Sequence record: PP216084
Direction: 5' to 3' (one strand)
DNA: 64,000 nucleotides
Source: Escherichia phage vB_EcoS_HZ_ZJUN2
Below the pieces are notes generated by a model. It was not told the origin of the DNA, made no database searches, and saw nothing but the letters and a program-made list of their open reading frames with translations. The position numbers and the translations under genes were made by a program. Below, piece by piece: positions 60,947 to 64,000 of this stretch (its first letter is position 1; each line of letters opens with the position of its first letter).

Positions 60947-60975
60947 TGTATATAGGTAAATAATTTATGTATAAT
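60947..60975 (+). promoter_or_regulatory. extended -10 (TGn) promoter candidate
   Basis: TGTATAAT with weak -35. Confidence 0.4.
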
Positions 60976-61022
60976 AAAATTCACCCACATTAGGTTAATT
61001 TAAAAGACTTAATGGAGGTAAT

Positions 61023-61370
61023 ATGAGCCGTACTTATCGTAAACAATCTGGTGATCAGTGGTGGAAGTCTAAAGCTAATTACACCCAGGGATATGCTTTC
61101 CTCAAAGCAAGTGGCTACTACATTCGTGTTACTTATGCTAAATCCTGGGATGAGGTAGAACAGGAAATGGAAGAAGCAACCATTCGTAATGAGAAAAAGG
61201 ATGGTTATAGCTGGAATTCTGTTAGTAAGAATGTTAAGTGGCATTCTAATAAAATGGTTCGTCAAGGAAATCGTCAGGAACTCCACCGCGTGATGAAAGA
61301 CCCAGAAAATTACGACTATAATCGCGATCATGACATGCGTAAGCGTGGATTATGGTGGTGCTACGACTAA
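61023..61370 (+). CDS. hypothetical protein
   Basis: 115-aa ORF with GGAGGTAA RBS. Confidence 0.5.
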   Translation: MSRTYRKQSGDQWWKSKANYTQGYAFLKASGYYIRVTYAKSWDEVEQEMEEATIRNEKKDGYSWNSVSKNVKWHSNKMVRQGNRQELHRVMKDPENYDYNRDHDMRKRGLWWCYD

Positions 61371-61387
61371 TTTCTGAAATAATTCAT

Positions 61388-61416
61388 TTGCTAAACCTCT
61401 CTTTTCTTGTTATAAT
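61388..61416 (+). promoter_or_regulatory. T5-type promoter
   Basis: TTGCTA - 17 bp - TATAAT followed by ATATTTATAAATTGATGAGAGAGG. Confidence 0.65.
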
Positions 61417-61446
61417 ATATTTATAAATTGATGAGAGAGGTTTGAA

Positions 61447-61728
61447 ATGAAAACTCGTCTAGACTGTGCTATTCACGTTGTCGAGCATAGTGTTGTTGGA
61501 ACCTATATGTCTTATCATGAGGCAGGTCGCTTAATTAAAGAACGTGTGGCAGATGTGTGTGGATTGAAGATTACTGCTGAGGAAGCTGATGATCTTTTAG
61601 GCCAAGCACTTGAGAAAACCGAAATATTCCTCTGTGATTCTTGTTCTTGGTGGTGTGAAGCTCACGAACATTCCTTCAATGATTATGATGTATGTCGTGA
61701 TTGTAGTGGGGAGGATGAAGATGAATAA
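61447..61728 (+). CDS. hypothetical Cys-rich protein with acidic tail
   Basis: 93 aa; CDSCSWWCEAHEH…CRDC; ends EDEDE. Confidence 0.5.
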   Translation: MKTRLDCAIHVVEHSVVGTYMSYHEAGRLIKERVADVCGLKITAEEADDLLGQALEKTEIFLCDSCSWWCEAHEHSFNDYDVCRDCSGEDEDE

Positions 61729-62020
61729 GTTTATTATTGCACTGATGATCTCCGCAGTTAGTTTCGGTTCTCTAGCATCTACCAAAGTTTTTATGAAAAA
61801 TGGCAATGTTAAAGTCCAACAGAACGGTATTATTACCGAGTATGGTAAAGTTCGTGATGTTAAGGAACGTAACGGCAGAGTAGAAATATATACTAATAAA
61901 AACTTCTCTACTCCGGCTGTTACTGTTAGCAAACGTGGTGAGATAACTACTCAACGTACTAATAGCTCTAGTTCTTTTACTTGTCGTTATGATTGCGACT
62001 TTGAAGGTGAAGATGAATAA
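61721..62020 (+). CDS. hypothetical secreted protein (signal peptide)
   Basis: Start at the MNKFIIALMISAVSFGSLA ATG; ends GEDE. Confidence 0.5.
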   Translation: MNKFIIALMISAVSFGSLASTKVFMKNGNVKVQQNGIITEYGKVRDVKERNGRVEIYTNKNFSTPAVTVSKRGEITTQRTNSSSSFTCRYDCDFEGEDE

Positions 62021-62408
62021 TTTAGATCCTAGAATTAAATTTGCAATTACAGAAATCCAAGATCAAATTGATGAGGATTTCACTGTTTGGTCAAGGTCTG
62101 GTAATGGAGAATATTGCCAGCTTTATAGTATGAAAATGGGTATCTCAATTGAGCTTAATATCAACTCTGAAGGTAGAGTAGAAGCCCAACCCATGTTCAG
62201 TGTTCCAGGCTTCTCTGGATTTGTTGCAGGTATAAAATTGTGTCTACCAAATAACCATCTTCATCGAGTTATTTGTCAGTTAGAGACTATTAAGCATTTC
62301 TTGCCAGAAGGTAACATTAATGACTACTACCATGAAGTTGTAGCAGCTCATATGATGAAAGAAAGTAAACGTCGGAGAGAAGAACGTGAAAAGACTAAAC
62401 ATCAATAG
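62013..62408 (+). CDS. hypothetical protein
   Basis: 131-aa ORF, start overlaps the upstream stop. Confidence 0.45.
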   Translation: MNNLDPRIKFAITEIQDQIDEDFTVWSRSGNGEYCQLYSMKMGISIELNINSEGRVEAQPMFSVPGFSGFVAGIKLCLPNNHLHRVICQLETIKHFLPEGNINDYYHEVVAAHMMKESKRRREEREKTKHQ

Positions 62409-62682
62409 CACAGTGCAGATTCCAGCAACTAAGGATGTTTTAACATTCCTACGGAGTGAAAACGCCCAGTTTTGGCATGATCATGTTGTAAAGAACGGTA
62501 GTACTCCAGATGTAGTTGCCTTTGCTAAAAAACGTATCGAAGAATATAAAGATCCAGAGATTAAAGATGGGATGATCACTATGCAATTGTGGGTAGCCAT
62601 GAATACGTTTGGACCTACTATGAGTCTAGGAGTTACTCCACTGTTTACTAATATTCTAATTAATGAAAAGGATCTGAAATGA
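62386..62682 (+). CDS. hypothetical protein
   Basis: 98-aa ORF, GTG start. Confidence 0.4.
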   Translation: MKRLNINSTVQIPATKDVLTFLRSENAQFWHDHVVKNGSTPDVVAFAKKRIEEYKDPEIKDGMITMQLWVAMNTFGPTMSLGVTPLFTNILINEKDLK

Positions 62683-62963
62683 TTATCTCTCCTTTTGCTC
62701 TTTGGTTCGTCATCGGGTCTGTGGTTGCTATTTACAGCTTGATTGATGATCTATATATTTCTAAGAATAAAGATGTAATATTATACGTTATACATAAAAC
62801 CCGACCATTAGACCTACCACCTCTTGATGATAAAACATTACTCAGGTGTGCTAGATCTGTGATACTTATTATGGATATTCTGCTAGGCCCAGCATCTGTA
62901 TTCTTCTTTTATAGAAAAACTCGTAATATGAAAAAATTTAAAGCTGAAATGCAGAATATCTAA
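62679..62963 (+). CDS. hypothetical membrane protein
   Basis: 94 aa; two predicted TM segments. Confidence 0.45.
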   Translation: MIISPFALWFVIGSVVAIYSLIDDLYISKNKDVILYVIHKTRPLDLPPLDDKTLLRCARSVILIMDILLGPASVFFFYRKTRNMKKFKAEMQNI

Positions 62964-63073
62964 AGAACTCGCGTAGGACCGAGTTGCGTCACCTGCAACT
63001 GTTACGGATAAGGGAGTCGTGCCCCTTAGTGTGGTAAGTGGTGAGGTGGCTGCTAGCCCTAACTGGAGATAAT

Positions 63074-63418
63074 ATGACTATATTACTAATTCTTGTTACA
63101 ACTTGGTTTTTAATCGGTGCTGTATATGCGATAGCTATTATTAGACATTTGGATGAACATTCTGCTGAATGGTTTGTTAAGTATCTACGTATTGATGATC
63201 AAGAACAGAAGTTTAAAGATGAAAAGCATAAAAAAGCAGTAAATAATATGACAGCCAAAGAATGCTTGTTCTACATGCGTATTGTAGGGTTCTTTGGACT
63301 ATTAGTTGCTGGCCCAATTGGTTCTACCATTGCTCCATATAAAGAAACAGTTGCTGACATCAAATTGTGGAGAAATGCAGGGGTACTACGCAAAGCTAGA
63401 GAAACTAATATTACATAA
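63074..63418 (+). CDS. hypothetical membrane protein
   Basis: Start at the MTILLILVTTWFLIGAVYAIAII ATG behind GGAGATAAT; second TM near the C-terminus. Confidence 0.5.
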   Translation: MTILLILVTTWFLIGAVYAIAIIRHLDEHSAEWFVKYLRIDDQEQKFKDEKHKKAVNNMTAKECLFYMRIVGFFGLLVAGPIGSTIAPYKETVADIKLWRNAGVLRKARETNIT

Positions 63419-63462
63419 GATTGATACTAAATCAACTTACTAGCAAAAGCAAATAATGACAA

Positions 63463-63497
63463 AGCCCAGCCTGCACTTTTGCGACTGGGCTATTTTT
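63463..63497 (+). terminator. intrinsic terminator
   Basis: Stem AGCCCAG/CTGGGCT followed by ATTTTTAT. Confidence 0.65.
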
Positions 63498-63512
63498 ATA
63501 ATAAAATTTTAG

Positions 63513-63541
63513 TTGCTTAGATGCCCAAACTTTTGTATAAT
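63513..63541 (+). promoter_or_regulatory. T5-type promoter
   Basis: TTGCTT - 17 bp - TATAAT followed by ATGTTTATAGATTGAGGCAAGAGG. Confidence 0.65.
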
Positions 63542-63572
63542 ATGTTTATAGATTGAGGCAAGAGGATTAAAT

Positions 63573-64000
63573 ATGAGGATTATTTCTAAGTTCGCCGATG
63601 TGTATGATTTGCAGAACAGTTTGTTCGACCCAGATCGCGTTTGGGAGCGTAAAACTGAAGAGTTGCTGGTTAAAGTAACCGATGATGCAGAAAAGAACAT
63701 TGTGCATACTCGCCAGGTATTTCGTGATGGCTCGCTATCTTTTCGTGGTGATTTCGAATATTTTGTAAACCCACTATTTGTTGCAGGTGAAGTTTACTGG
63801 TTGCACGAGCTGTACTGCTGGCATCCAGCATTTAGCTTCAAAACGTTTAATCTCGACACTATGTTCGATAAAATGGAAGAGATGGGATTGCATGCTCGCT
63901 CTTACTTAATGGATAAGAGTCGCGGAGATGTTCGTGAAACAATGCGTGATTTGCTCGCTGAAGCAAAACCTAAAGCAGAACGTATCTTATCCGAACTGCG
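63573..64000 (+). CDS. hypothetical protein (3' end lies outside the window)
   Basis: ATG at 63573 behind AGAGGATTAAAT; frame stays open to the window end. Confidence 0.5.
   Translation, partial: MRIISKFADVYDLQNSLFDPDRVWERKTEELLVKVTDDAEKNIVHTRQVFRDGSLSFRGDFEYFVNPLFVAGEVYWLHELYCWHPAFSFKTFNLDTMFDKMEEMGLHARSYLMDKSRGDVRETMRDLLAEAKPKAERILSEL

Noticed and set aside
60990-61932. Minus-strand ORFs 60990-61331, 61597-61932, 61772-61954
   Set aside because: Antisense to a promoter-driven plus-strand operon of small genes
1-64000. Prophage/integrative features (integrase, attachment repeats, transposase, CRISPR array)
   Set aside because: None found; gene content and promoter architecture indicate a virulent T5-like phage segment

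Overview
This window reads as a contiguous piece of a T5-like (Tequintavirus-type) virulent phage genome. The inference rests on gene content and order, about 30 copies of the classic T5-type early promoter, and a tRNA island; everything was done by eye, with no database search and no tRNA-scanning software. Layout: (1) 1-6757, plus strand: end of the late/tail region, with two consecutive tail-fibre genes that each carry a C-terminal intramolecular-chaperone domain. (2) 6795-29975, minus strand: replication/recombination block (dUTPase, flap endonuclease, SbcCD-like nuclease, helicases, family-A DNA polymerase, primase, split NAD-dependent ligase, large P-loop NTPase), interrupted by HNH-AP2 homing endonucleases. 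(3) 30594-36424, minus strand: accessory cluster (Sir2-like, HAD-like, two pairs of tandem paralogues, small ORFs), anaerobic ribonucleotide reductase and a homing-endonuclease-like gene. (4) 36715-47284, plus strand: phoH, nrdA, an HNH gene, nrdB, DHFR, thymidylate synthase, RNase H, a DEDDh-type exonuclease candidate and several small basic proteins. (5) 47727-60505, plus strand: tRNA island with 23 hand-folded cloverleaf tRNAs, several non-canonical tRNA-like elements, ORF-free promoter-driven stretches, more HNH genes, a secreted SleB-like hydrolase, an SPFH protein, a Toprim protein and a GrcA-like glycyl-radical protein. (6) 61023-64000: small membrane/secreted proteins. No CRISPR array, integrase or transposase was seen. 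tRNA and motif coordinates may be off by a few nucleotides.
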